DNA from: an uncultured Verrucomicrobiota bacterium
GTDB taxonomy: Bacteria > Verrucomicrobiota > Verrucomicrobiia > Limisphaerales > Palsa-1400
Assembly (NCBI GenBank): GCA_964558455.1
Contig: CAZLEE010000001.1
Span: forward strand, 4,228 to 68,227
Length of the DNA stretch: 64,000 nucleotides
Reading direction: 5' to 3'
The notes under the pieces are model-generated. The model was not told where the DNA came from and did no database searches. It saw nothing but the letters and a program-made list of their open reading frames with translations. Position numbers and translations under genes: made by a program. Shown here one piece after another: positions 11,523-20,042 of this stretch. Each line of letters opens with the position of its first letter. The stretch's first letter is position 1.

Positions 11523-12497
11523 TTATTGGAAGGACGCGGCGGTTTTTTCCACGATTTGGCGCAGGGATGTGGCTGGCCGGAAACCGGCGTATTTCGCCAG
11601 TTTGTCCACCAAGGGTTTGCGCCGCCGCATGTCTTGAAAACCGGGCGCGTAGGCCGTTTCGTAGGGAACGTATTCCATCGCCGATGCGGACCCCACCGCG
11701 CTGATGACCAACTGTGCCAATGTGCCGATGCTGATTTCTTCCACCCCCCCGACGTTGAAAACCTGGCCCTTGGCGGCGGCGCAATTTTGCAACCGCACCA
11801 GCGCCTCGACGGTGTCATCCACGTAGCAAAAACACCGGCTTTGCCGGCCATCGCCAAATATTTTGAGCGGCTGCCCTTTTTTGGCCGCTTGAATGAAGCG
11901 CGGCAGGACCATTCCGTATTGGCCGGTCTGGCGGGGACCGACGGTGTTGAACAACCGCGCGATGACCACGGGTGTGTTGCGCTCCCGGGCGTGGGCCAGC
12001 GCGAGAAATTCGTCCATCAGTTTTGAACACGCGTAACTCCAACGGCTCAACTGCGGCGGGCCGATGAGCAAATCATCTTCTTCCGAAAATGCCGTCTTGG
12101 CGCTTTTACCGTAAACTTCCGAAGTTGAAGTCAACAGAATCGGGATGCCGCCCAGGCTGGCCGCGTCCAGAACCGCCCTGGTTTCCCATAAATTGTTCTC
12201 AATGGTTTGGATCGCCGAACGCATCACCAGGTCCACTCCCACGGCAGCGGCCAGATGATAAACCGCCGTGCTGGTCCGGACCAATTCGGCGAGGTCGTCG
12301 CACTGGGAAATCTTCGTTTGAATCAGGCGCAGGCCGGAATGTCCCCGCACGGCGGCCAGGTTCTCCAGCCGTCCCGTCGAGCAATCATCTATGACCGTGA
12401 CTGAATTGCCTTCCGCGAGCAACCGTTCCACCAGATGGGAACCGATAAATCCCGCCCCGCCGGTTACCAGAATGTGTCCGCCGCGATTTGTCATCAA
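11523..12497 (-). CDS. NAD-dependent sugar nucleotide epimerase/dehydratase (extended SDR)
   Basis: TGGAGFIGSHLVERL (GxxGxxG) and YACSK (YxxxK). Confidence 0.8.
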   Translation of the reverse strand: MMTNRGGHILVTGGAGFIGSHLVERLLAEGNSVTVIDDCSTGRLENLAAVRGHSGLRLIQTKISQCDDLAELVRTSTAVYHLAAAVGVDLVMRSAIQTIENNLWETRAVLDAASLGGIPILLTSTSEVYGKSAKTAFSEEDDLLIGPPQLSRWSYACSKLMDEFLALAHARERNTPVVIARLFNTVGPRQTGQYGMVLPRFIQAAKKGQPLKIFGDGRQSRCFCYVDDTVEALVRLQNCAAAKGQVFNVGGVEEISIGTLAQLVISAVGSASAMEYVPYETAYAPGFQDMRRRKPLVDKLAKYAGFRPATSLRQIVEKTAASFQ

Positions 12498-12663
12498 TCC
12501 ATCTTGCGGCAGAATAAGCGTGACTCAAGCCGGAATGAATGGGTGCTGCCGGTGAATAATTCCGCAAGACCTGCAAGGGCCGGGGTGAGGGCGGCCCCCA
12601 ACCCGGCTTTGAAAAAAGTCATGACAGGGAAAATACCGGGGCGCAGCCGGCATCCGCGCGGAG

Positions 12664-15600
12664 TTACTGGGTCGCGGTGCGATAGTAGCGGCCGCTGTAA
12701 TTCGTCGCGTCCGTGTCAATGAATTCGAAGTCTCCGTTGGTATCGGCCGCATTGGTGTCCAATGTCGTCCAAGAAATGGGCGGGGTTAAATCCGGCGCGG
12801 CCTCAATCAAGTAAACATAACCGGGCGTCCCGTTGCAGTCCAACTGTATCGTGCCGTCATCCAGCAGGACGATATTGGTGATGGTCACCGGTATGGTATT
12901 GGGGGGCAGGGTCACGGTCAGGGTGTTGGTGATATAGGCGATGTTGTAGTTGCCCGGCGCGAACGTCCCGCCTGTCGCCTGGCTGGGCGTGATGATGTAA
13001 GTCCCCACCGGCGCGTTGGTCTGGTCGCCACCGTTGCTGACGGTCAGCGTGACGGAGCCGATGGTCTCGCCGTTTTGCAATCCAACGCTGGTAAATTGCG
13101 TGCAGCCGCTGCCAAACGTCAACGAAACGCCGTAAGTCGTGCTCTGCGCGTTGGCCGTGACGCTTAACGCCGCCGCGTTGACCTGCTGGGTCGAGGCGCC
13201 GCCCGTGGAACTGGCCGCATAGCCGCTGACTCCGCTGTAGGAAGCCGTGATGGGGTGGTTTCCAACCGCAAGCAGGCTGGTGGCGTAGGAAGCTGTTCCG
13301 CCGCTGACCGCGACCGGGCCGCCCAGTGCCACCGCGTTGTCGTAGAATTGAACGGTCCCGCCGGACGGCGCCGGAACAACGCTGGCCGTGAAGGTGACCG
13401 ATTGCCCGTAGGTGGATGGGGTCAGGGTATTCAGCGTGGTCGCGGTTGTGTCGGTAATGGTCAGGATCACGCTTCCGCCGCTGACCGAGATGGCGGCGGT
13501 AGTGCCTGCCGCCCCAACGGCGGTCCCGGCAACCGTGAAGGAACCGGTGCCCGATATATTGCCGCTCGCTTGCTGGATCAGGGTATAGCTGCCGGGGGTC
13601 GTCGGTTGTGTTCCATTGACAGTGAAGGCGTTGCCGTTCAGAACCAATGTTCCCTTGGAAATGCCGAGCGCCGGATCCGAACCGTCATAGGTCAGCGTGA
13701 CGGGTCTTGATCCAAAATTGACCGTCGTGCCGCCTTTGATCGTGGCTGCGTTTGTCGTGCCGCTGGCGGTGACGGTGTTATTCGCGCTCAGGGCATACGC
13801 GCTGATGGCGGACACGTCAAACGCCGCCCCGGCGGCAATGGAGATGGTTGAGGAATTGTTGATCGAACCGGAGCTGCCCAAGGCCAGTGTGCCCACGCTG
13901 ATCGTTGTATAGCCGGTGTAGGTATTGGCTCCGCTTAGGGTCGCCGTGGTCGATGTGGTCTTGGTCACCGCCTTGGAACCCGCCAGAATCGCGCTGATTG
14001 TGCCGCCTTGGACGGCGTAGGAACCGGCTGTCAGTGTCCCGTCTTGCAGTGTGCCGCCCGTGATCGTCAGCGACCCCGCCGTGTGGCTGGCCCCGCCCAA
14101 ATCCAGAACGCCGCCGTTTACGGTCAAGGCGGCGGAGGTTGACCCCAAAGTGCCCGCCGTGTTAGCCTTCAGCGTTCCGGGACCTTTGACTATGGTGCCG
14201 CCGCTGTAATTGTTGCCGGTGTCGGTCAGGGTCAGGACGTAGCCGCTGACGCCGGTGGTGGTCAGACTGCCTGAGCCGGTGATGTAATTCGACATCGTCA
14301 GGCTGGCATTTGGATTGTCGAATATCCCGCCGCCCGATAACAAGGCAATGGCGCAACCGGTCAGCAAAAATTGGTCGCCTGCGGTGGTGTCGTTGTTTTG
14401 ATAGATGCCGCCATTCTCCAGATTAAGCGTGACGCCATCGTTTCCGGTGTCGTGATCGGACATGACGACCAGCGTGGTGTTGGGGCCGTTGACGGTTTCG
14501 GCGCTGAGGCTGCTGCCGGAATAATTATTGGTGTTGTTCAGCACCAATATGCCTCCGCCCGAGAGGGTGTAACCCACGCCGCCCAGTATGCATTGAAGGT
14601 AGGTGGCGCTGCCGGCAGGAATGCTGATGGTTCCGGGGCTGTTCAAGGTGAGCGTTGCGCTCGTTCCGGTCACATCATAACCCGCCGTATCAAACGTGAC
14701 GCTGCCAGCCGTCGCGGAGGTGGCCAAAGTCACCGTTCCAGCCGTGCCGGCAAAAACCGGGTTGTCGCCGCCCGTGGAAAAGGCAACATTCGAGCTTCCG
14801 CTATACCACCAGTTGGTGGTGCCGGTGTCCCAATAGCCGGTGCCGCCGGTGCCCGGAGAGGCAAAAGTCTTGGCGGCGGGATTCCAATAGACCGCCGCCC
14901 CCGCCGGCGCGCTCGGCGTTGGCGCGTTGGTGTTGCCGACGAGGAAAAGTTGCAGGAACTGATTCGTGCTGCCGTTGAACACGTCCGCATCGCCTCCCGA
15001 CCAATTCGTGTCGCCATACTGCCAGATGTCCCAAGTGGTCCATGGATAGATGTCGGAAGGGGCGCTCGTTTGCGGGGTGGGGCTGCCGCAGGCGCTGCCT
15101 GTGCAGGAGGGGTAATCGGATAGCCACGAGGGCCAATTGGTCACGGTCGTGTTCAGGCCCGGATAGGTCCCTGGCGCGGAAAACCAGGAGCCGGTATAAA
15201 TCACCGGTTTGATGGTGACGCCGGCGGCGTGGGCGTAATTGGACACGTCGTTGCACCATTCATTGGCCCACTGCGACAGCTTGGCTGCGGTGAAGTTGAG
15301 ACCGGCATTGGTGACATACACATCCTCCCAATCCAGCATCGGCACAAGATAACCCCCGCCCGCCACGACGTAGCCGCCGGCGAAGTTCCAAAAATATTGT
15401 GCCTCGGTGTCCGCGCTGTTGGCCCCAGTGATATTCGGGTCGTCGCTCGGTCGCGCAAAATGATACGCGCCAATCATCACGCCCGCCGCCTTGGCGTGGC
15501 TTTCATTAATGGCAAAATCGGCATCCTCATAATACGTTCCCTCCGTCGCCTTGGTCCACGCAAAGGAGATGCCGTCATTCCTGATATTCGTCCAGTTGAG

Positions 15601-15735
15601 GCTGCCTCCCTGGTAGCTGGAGACATCCGTGCCCATGGGCCGTGTCCCGGCGGCGGCATCCTTTGCCCCCATCGCCAGCCCCAGGAGAAAGATGGAAACG
15701 GTTTGCTCGAAAGAGAAAGAGGCGGAGAAGTTCAT
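12664..15735 (-). CDS. Secreted GH25 muramidase fused to autotransporter-associated beta-strand repeats, an Ig-like domain and an MBG domain
   Basis: After the N-terminal signal comes GTDVSSYQG...KATEG...AYHFARP (GH25). The central region repeats the G.LTL.G.N.YTG.T.I..GTL pattern (e.g. ATLSGANTYTGYTTISVGTLALG). Further on are QSVTFTASV...VQFYDN (Ig-like) and LSVTANAQSTTYG...VGTYIITPS...NYNIAYITNTLTVT (MBG). Confidence 0.8.
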   Translation of the reverse strand: MNFSASFSFEQTVSIFLLGLAMGAKDAAAGTRPMGTDVSSYQGGSLNWTNIRNDGISFAWTKATEGTYYEDADFAINESHAKAAGVMIGAYHFARPSDDPNITGANSADTEAQYFWNFAGGYVVAGGGYLVPMLDWEDVYVTNAGLNFTAAKLSQWANEWCNDVSNYAHAAGVTIKPVIYTGSWFSAPGTYPGLNTTVTNWPSWLSDYPSCTGSACGSPTPQTSAPSDIYPWTTWDIWQYGDTNWSGGDADVFNGSTNQFLQLFLVGNTNAPTPSAPAGAAVYWNPAAKTFASPGTGGTGYWDTGTTNWWYSGSSNVAFSTGGDNPVFAGTAGTVTLATSATAGSVTFDTAGYDVTGTSATLTLNSPGTISIPAGSATYLQCILGGVGYTLSGGGILVLNNTNNYSGSSLSAETVNGPNTTLVVMSDHDTGNDGVTLNLENGGIYQNNDTTAGDQFLLTGCAIALLSGGGIFDNPNASLTMSNYITGSGSLTTTGVSGYVLTLTDTGNNYSGGTIVKGPGTLKANTAGTLGSTSAALTVNGGVLDLGGASHTAGSLTITGGTLQDGTLTAGSYAVQGGTISAILAGSKAVTKTTSTTATLSGANTYTGYTTISVGTLALGSSGSINNSSTISIAAGAAFDVSAISAYALSANNTVTASGTTNAATIKGGTTVNFGSRPVTLTYDGSDPALGISKGTLVLNGNAFTVNGTQPTTPGSYTLIQQASGNISGTGSFTVAGTAVGAAGTTAAISVSGGSVILTITDTTATTLNTLTPSTYGQSVTFTASVVPAPSGGTVQFYDNAVALGGPVAVSGGTASYATSLLAVGNHPITASYSGVSGYAASSTGGASTQQVNAAALSVTANAQSTTYGVSLTFGSGCTQFTSVGLQNGETIGSVTLTVSNGGDQTNAPVGTYIITPSQATGGTFAPGNYNIAYITNTLTVTLPPNTIPVTITNIVLLDDGTIQLDCNGTPGYVYLIEAAPDLTPPISWTTLDTNAADTNGDFEFIDTDATNYSGRYYRTATQ

Positions 15736-15798
15736 GCGCTCAGAAAAAAAGTGCTGAAATAAAAAATTTCACCAGGATTCAGGGTTTTGCTTTTTCCT

Positions 15799-15827
15799 GT
15801 TATAACACAAAGCGGCGCAATGAGCAA
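15799..15827 (-). promoter_or_regulatory. Putative sigma70 promoter of the GH25 gene
   Basis: The minus strand reads TTGCTC-17 nt-TATAAC, about 65 nt upstream of the ATG at 15735. Confidence 0.3.
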
Positions 15828-15932
15828 GCTTAACTCCAGGTTTTTGGGGGCTTTTTTTGAATCGCCCCTAAAAGTTTCTCTGGGGGAAAATAAGGTTTGT
15901 TTCCGGGCGCGTCTTTCCCCACGCTTGGCCTG

Positions 15933-16346
15933 ATGGCCAGACAAGCATTGGGTCGGAATTTAGGAACACTCCTGGGCGGCAACGCCCCGGCGACGGGCGG
16001 CGGCGCGCCCGTCGCAGACGCGCCGGTCGCGGGTGCGGGCACGCCGGCGCGGACGGAACCGTCCGGACTGAGCCTGGGCGTCCGTTCCCTGGCGCGCGGC
16101 CATCAAACCGCGCCCCCTCCGCCGCCTGTGCCCGTCTGGTATCTGTTCGGCGGGGATATTTTATTGACAGCTTTGGCGTTGACCGTGATCTGCCTGAGCC
16201 GGCATCCGGTGTCGTGGCCGAGGGAGGTTTTTTGCGCGGCGGCGGTGACTTTGGGCGGGTGTCTGGGGGTCGCGGCGCTTTTTTTGAGTGACGAGCCGTC
16301 AGGCGCTGGCACTGGTGTAGTGCCGCATGGAAAAACGCCAGAATAG
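15933..16346 (+). CDS. Hypothetical membrane protein (Pro/Ala/Gly-rich N-terminus, two predicted TM helices)
   Basis: MARQALGRNLGTLLGG..., then WYLFGGDILLTALALTVICL and FCAAAVTLGGCLGVAALFL. No recognisable family. Its 3' end overlaps the convergent permease by 48 nt. Confidence 0.35.
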   Translation: MARQALGRNLGTLLGGNAPATGGGAPVADAPVAGAGTPARTEPSGLSLGVRSLARGHQTAPPPPPVPVWYLFGGDILLTALALTVICLSRHPVSWPREVFCAAAVTLGGCLGVAALFLSDEPSGAGTGVVPHGKTPE

Positions 16347-17123
16347 TTCGGAGACGGCAAAGCACACCACCGCCAATCCCGGCAGCAAGACCATTTCCCA
16401 GGGCGAACTCAGGCAGTTGAGCAGCAGTTTGACCGGCACATTGACCACCAGCAGCATCGGCACCGCGAAGGTGAAAAAGGCGCGGAAAAATCCCTGAAAC
16501 GCCGCGTCGGGATAACGCGCGATGTTGAACAGGTTGTAGTAGCCCCACACGATTCCTTGCGCGCGCACGGTCCAGAACGCGACACTGCTCAACAGGAACA
16601 TTAACGAGTAATGGATCAGGATGCCCGCCACGCATAACAGGAAAAATCCCGCGATCCGGACCGGGTCGGGCGCCAGATGCATTTGCCGCGCCGCGTAACC
16701 CATGACCGCCAGCGCGGAGGCCGCGTTGACAAATCCGCCCAAATCCACCTGGCGCAATGAAACCAGAAATCGCGAGTTGACCGGCAGCAGCAGCATGAAA
16801 TCCAGCCGCCCGGTCCGGATCAACTCGGAAAGTTGCGTGCAGTTCGTGAGGAAGAACGCCTGGAAAATCTGCTGGATGAAGTGGCTCGCCCCCACCAGCA
16901 GGATCACCTGCCATTTGCTCCAGCTTGCTATGTGGTCGGTATGAAGATAGATCACGCCGATGAAACCGATTTGCAGCGCGAACCAGAGCAGTTCAACCAC
17001 GATCCAAAGCAGGAAATTGCTCTTGAAACTCATCTCCCGCGCCACGGAATTCCGCCAAAGCGCCGCGTAAATCAAGGCGTGATGCCGTGCCACTGCGTAG
17101 AGGTTGCGAAGGGATATTTTCAT
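16299..17123 (-). CDS. ABC-2 type transporter permease (DUF990-like)
   Basis: Six or seven hydrophobic segments, and a paralogous pairing with the upstream permease typical of ABC-2 exporters. Confidence 0.65.
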   Translation of the reverse strand: MKISLRNLYAVARHHALIYAALWRNSVAREMSFKSNFLLWIVVELLWFALQIGFIGVIYLHTDHIASWSKWQVILLVGASHFIQQIFQAFFLTNCTQLSELIRTGRLDFMLLLPVNSRFLVSLRQVDLGGFVNAASALAVMGYAARQMHLAPDPVRIAGFFLLCVAGILIHYSLMFLLSSVAFWTVRAQGIVWGYYNLFNIARYPDAAFQGFFRAFFTFAVPMLLVVNVPVKLLLNCLSSPWEMVLLPGLAVVCFAVSELFWRFSMRHYTSASA

Positions 17124-17126
17124 GGG

Positions 17127-17948
17127 TCAACCGCCTGCCGCCGAATATTTCCGGATGCCGCGCCGCCATATCACCACCGACAGCCCGTAAAAAAACAGCA
17201 CCCAGCCGGTTTGGATCAACATCCCGCGCGCCAGCGCCGCCCCCTTGATCTGGCCCAGGTAAATGCCCGCCGGAAAATAGAGTTGATACGGGAACGGCGT
17301 GTAGTCCAAAAAGCGCGCCACCGCCGCCGGCAGGATGTTCAGCGGAAACAAATGGCCGCCGGCAATGTATTCCACCGCAAAAAACATGAAGATGATGGTC
17401 GAAACTTCCAGCAGCCAGAACGAGAGCAGCGCCAGGGTGAACGATATGAAAAATTGCAGCAGCCCGGTCATTACGGTGGAGATCAAAAACATTCCCAGGG
17501 CCGCCCCGCTGTCCGGCCCGACAAAATATTGGCGCCACCAATATATGAACATCCCCACCGGCAGAATCGAAATGGACGCAAACATGATCCGCCCGGAAAA
17601 AAACAGGCACAGCCGGTAGCCCAGGTAATTGATGGGCTTGAGCATGAATTGGCTGATGTTCCCATCCTTGATGTCCGCCGCGATCTGCCAGTCGTCCTCC
17701 GCCACCGCCGTGAGCGTGTCAACAATCGTGATGATCAGGTAATACGAAATCATCCCGGCCAGACCGTAGCCTCCCACGTCCTTGTTTTGTCCGTGATAAA
17801 CGGCGCGCCACAGATAAATCGTCGCCAGCAACGGAACCAGCCCGAACACGGCGCGGAAGAAAAAATTGAAGCGATAGACCAGGGTGTTGGCAAAACCGAT
17901 TTTTATGACGTGCCAGTATTTTTGCATCGCGCTGTTTTCCCCGGACAA
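17127..17948 (-). CDS. ABC-2 type transporter permease (DUF990-like)
   Basis: A polytopic membrane protein separated by 3 nt from the downstream paralogue. Confidence 0.65.
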   Translation of the reverse strand: MSGENSAMQKYWHVIKIGFANTLVYRFNFFFRAVFGLVPLLATIYLWRAVYHGQNKDVGGYGLAGMISYYLIITIVDTLTAVAEDDWQIAADIKDGNISQFMLKPINYLGYRLCLFFSGRIMFASISILPVGMFIYWWRQYFVGPDSGAALGMFLISTVMTGLLQFFISFTLALLSFWLLEVSTIIFMFFAVEYIAGGHLFPLNILPAAVARFLDYTPFPYQLYFPAGIYLGQIKGAALARGMLIQTGWVLFFYGLSVVIWRRGIRKYSAAGG

Positions 17949-18000
17949 CCGGGCCGGGTTGGGTGTTGCATTGACAGGCTCCGGCCTTCAGGCCGGGAGT

Positions 18001-18600
18001 TTAGGCGCGGCCCGCCGGCGGGTGAATTCCGAACTTTGCCAGTTCCGCTTGCAGCCGCTCCATCGGCAGTCCCGCCACGTTGCTGCGCGAGCCGGCTATC
18101 GATTCCACCACCGTCACGCCCTTTTCTTGAATCCCGTACGCCCCCGCCTTGTCCAGCGGGTTCACTTTGGCATGATATTGCCGCACTTGGGCCGGGGTCA
18201 TCTTCCGAAAGGTCACGTCGGTCTGCTCGTAAAAAAGCCTCTGGTGGCGCGATTGCAAATGGATCAGGCAGACTCCGGTCACGACTTGGTGCGTTTGCCC
18301 TTGCAAGGCCATCACCATTCTCTCCGCATCGGCGGCGTCGGCCGGCTTGCCGAAAACTTCCCGGCCGAAAACCACCACCGTGTCCACTCCCAGAACCACG
18401 GCGTCCGGATGTTTTTTTGAGACGGCCTGCGCCTTGCGAAAAGCGTTCAATCGCGCCAGTTCGCCCGCGCTCAAATTTTTGAAGTTAATTTCCTCCGCCC
18501 CGCTCGGCACGACGCTGAATTCATACTTGAACTCCCGCAATAGATCGGCGCGGCGAGGTGAAATTGAAGCCAAAATGAGGCTGGACACGTTCATGACCAT
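18001..18600 (-). CDS. maf: Maf-like nucleoside triphosphate pyrophosphatase
   Basis: LILASISPRRADLL, VVLGVDTVV, GAYGIQE. Confidence 0.85.
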   Translation of the reverse strand: MVMNVSSLILASISPRRADLLREFKYEFSVVPSGAEEINFKNLSAGELARLNAFRKAQAVSKKHPDAVVLGVDTVVVFGREVFGKPADAADAERMVMALQGQTHQVVTGVCLIHLQSRHQRLFYEQTDVTFRKMTPAQVRQYHAKVNPLDKAGAYGIQEKGVTVVESIAGSRSNVAGLPMERLQAELAKFGIHPPAGRA

Positions 18601-18637
18601 AATAAGCTATATCCGTTTGGGGCCGGGCGCGAACTTT

Positions 18638-19939
18638 TCAGCGCCGGGCTTTCAAGCGCAATTCGGCCGATCTGCCGTGCGCGTCAAGCCCTTCCAGCTC
18701 GGCGAACTTTTTCACGGTTTTCATCGCTTTTTTCAGCGCCGGCCTGGTGTAGGACACCAAACTCGTCCGCCGTTGAAATTGATCCACGGTCAACCCGGCG
18801 AAGGATGCGCCCGTCCCGCCTGCCGGCAGGGTATGGCTCGGCCCGGCCACGTAATCGCCCAGCACGGTCGGCGACCAGACTCCGAGGAACAGGGCGCCGG
18901 CTGTCGTCAGTTTTTGCGCCACCCTGGCCGCGTTTTTCGTCACGATTTCCAAATGTTCGGGCGCGAGCCGGTTGGCCAGATCGATCCCTTGCGCCAGATC
19001 GGCGACTTCGATCAACCAGGTGTTGCGCTCCAGCACCGGCTTGATCAATCCCGCGCGCCCGGCCAAGGGTGATTGCCGCGCAATCTCCTTCTTCACCGCG
19101 TTCAGGAGCTTGCCCGATGTCGTCAAAAACCAGACCCGTTCAAGGCCGGAACCGTGTTCCGCCTGCGCCAGAAGATCGGCCGCAATGCAGACCGCGTCGC
19201 CGCTGTCATCCGCCAAAACCAGCAATTCGCTCGGTCCCGGCAGCAAATCAATCGCGGCATAACCGAACAACAACCGCTTGGCCGCCACCACATAGGCGTT
19301 GCCCGGCCCAAAAATCTTGTTGACCTTCGTGATGGCCGGCGTTCCCAGCGCCATGGCTGCAATCGCCTGCGCGCCGCCGATGCGGTAAATCTCCGTCGCC
19401 CCGGCGAGCTTGGCCGCATACAACACCGCCGGATTGATCCGTCCGGCGCGGTCGCACGGCGTGCAAACCACGATTTCCCGGCACCCGGCCGCGCGGGCCA
19501 GCGGTATGGTCATCAACGCCGTCGAAACCAGGGGCGCCATCCCGCCCGGAATATACATTCCAACCCGGCCGAAGGGGTCAAACTTTTCGCCAACCATCGC
19601 GCCGTGGCTGTTGTGCATGGACCAATCTTTGCGTAGCGAGCGTTTGGCGAAGGCGGTCACGTTCTTGTGCGTCTCCGCCACCGCTGCGCGCAATTCGGGA
19701 TCGGCTTGCACCGCCGCCGCCAGACATTCCGCCTGCGAGACGGCAAAGTTGTCCGGCGAAAGTTTTGGCCCGTGAAACCGTTCCGTCAATTCCGCCAGCG
19801 CCGCGTCGCCCCGCGTCCGCACCGCATCAATAATGCTTTGCGTCTGCCGTTCAATCGCCGGATCGAACAAGCTGGATGGCGCAAGCAGACGGTTGATTTG
19901 GTCGTCAAAATCCTGGTCGCGATGCGAGAACACGTTCAT
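18638..19939 (-). CDS. hisD: Histidinol dehydrogenase
   Basis: YIPGG..PL.ST, GAQAIAAMALGT, AEHGS and the LAPEHLEI motifs. Confidence 0.95.
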   Translation of the reverse strand: MNVFSHRDQDFDDQINRLLAPSSLFDPAIERQTQSIIDAVRTRGDAALAELTERFHGPKLSPDNFAVSQAECLAAAVQADPELRAAVAETHKNVTAFAKRSLRKDWSMHNSHGAMVGEKFDPFGRVGMYIPGGMAPLVSTALMTIPLARAAGCREIVVCTPCDRAGRINPAVLYAAKLAGATEIYRIGGAQAIAAMALGTPAITKVNKIFGPGNAYVVAAKRLLFGYAAIDLLPGPSELLVLADDSGDAVCIAADLLAQAEHGSGLERVWFLTTSGKLLNAVKKEIARQSPLAGRAGLIKPVLERNTWLIEVADLAQGIDLANRLAPEHLEIVTKNAARVAQKLTTAGALFLGVWSPTVLGDYVAGPSHTLPAGGTGASFAGLTVDQFQRRTSLVSYTRPALKKAMKTVKKFAELEGLDAHGRSAELRLKARR

Positions 19940-19948
19940 GCGGCTGAC

Positions 19949-19977
19949 AGACTAGGGGAATCCGCCCCGAAAGTCAA
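19949..19977 (-). promoter_or_regulatory. Putative sigma70 promoter of hisD (near-leaderless)
   Basis: The minus strand reads TTGACT-17 nt-TAGTCT, ending 10 nt before the ATG. Confidence 0.3.
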
Positions 19978-20042
19978 AAGGGAGGAAAGTTGTATCCTCA
20001 TGGTTGTTGATACCGTCCTGCTTATTGAATACGTTACACAAG

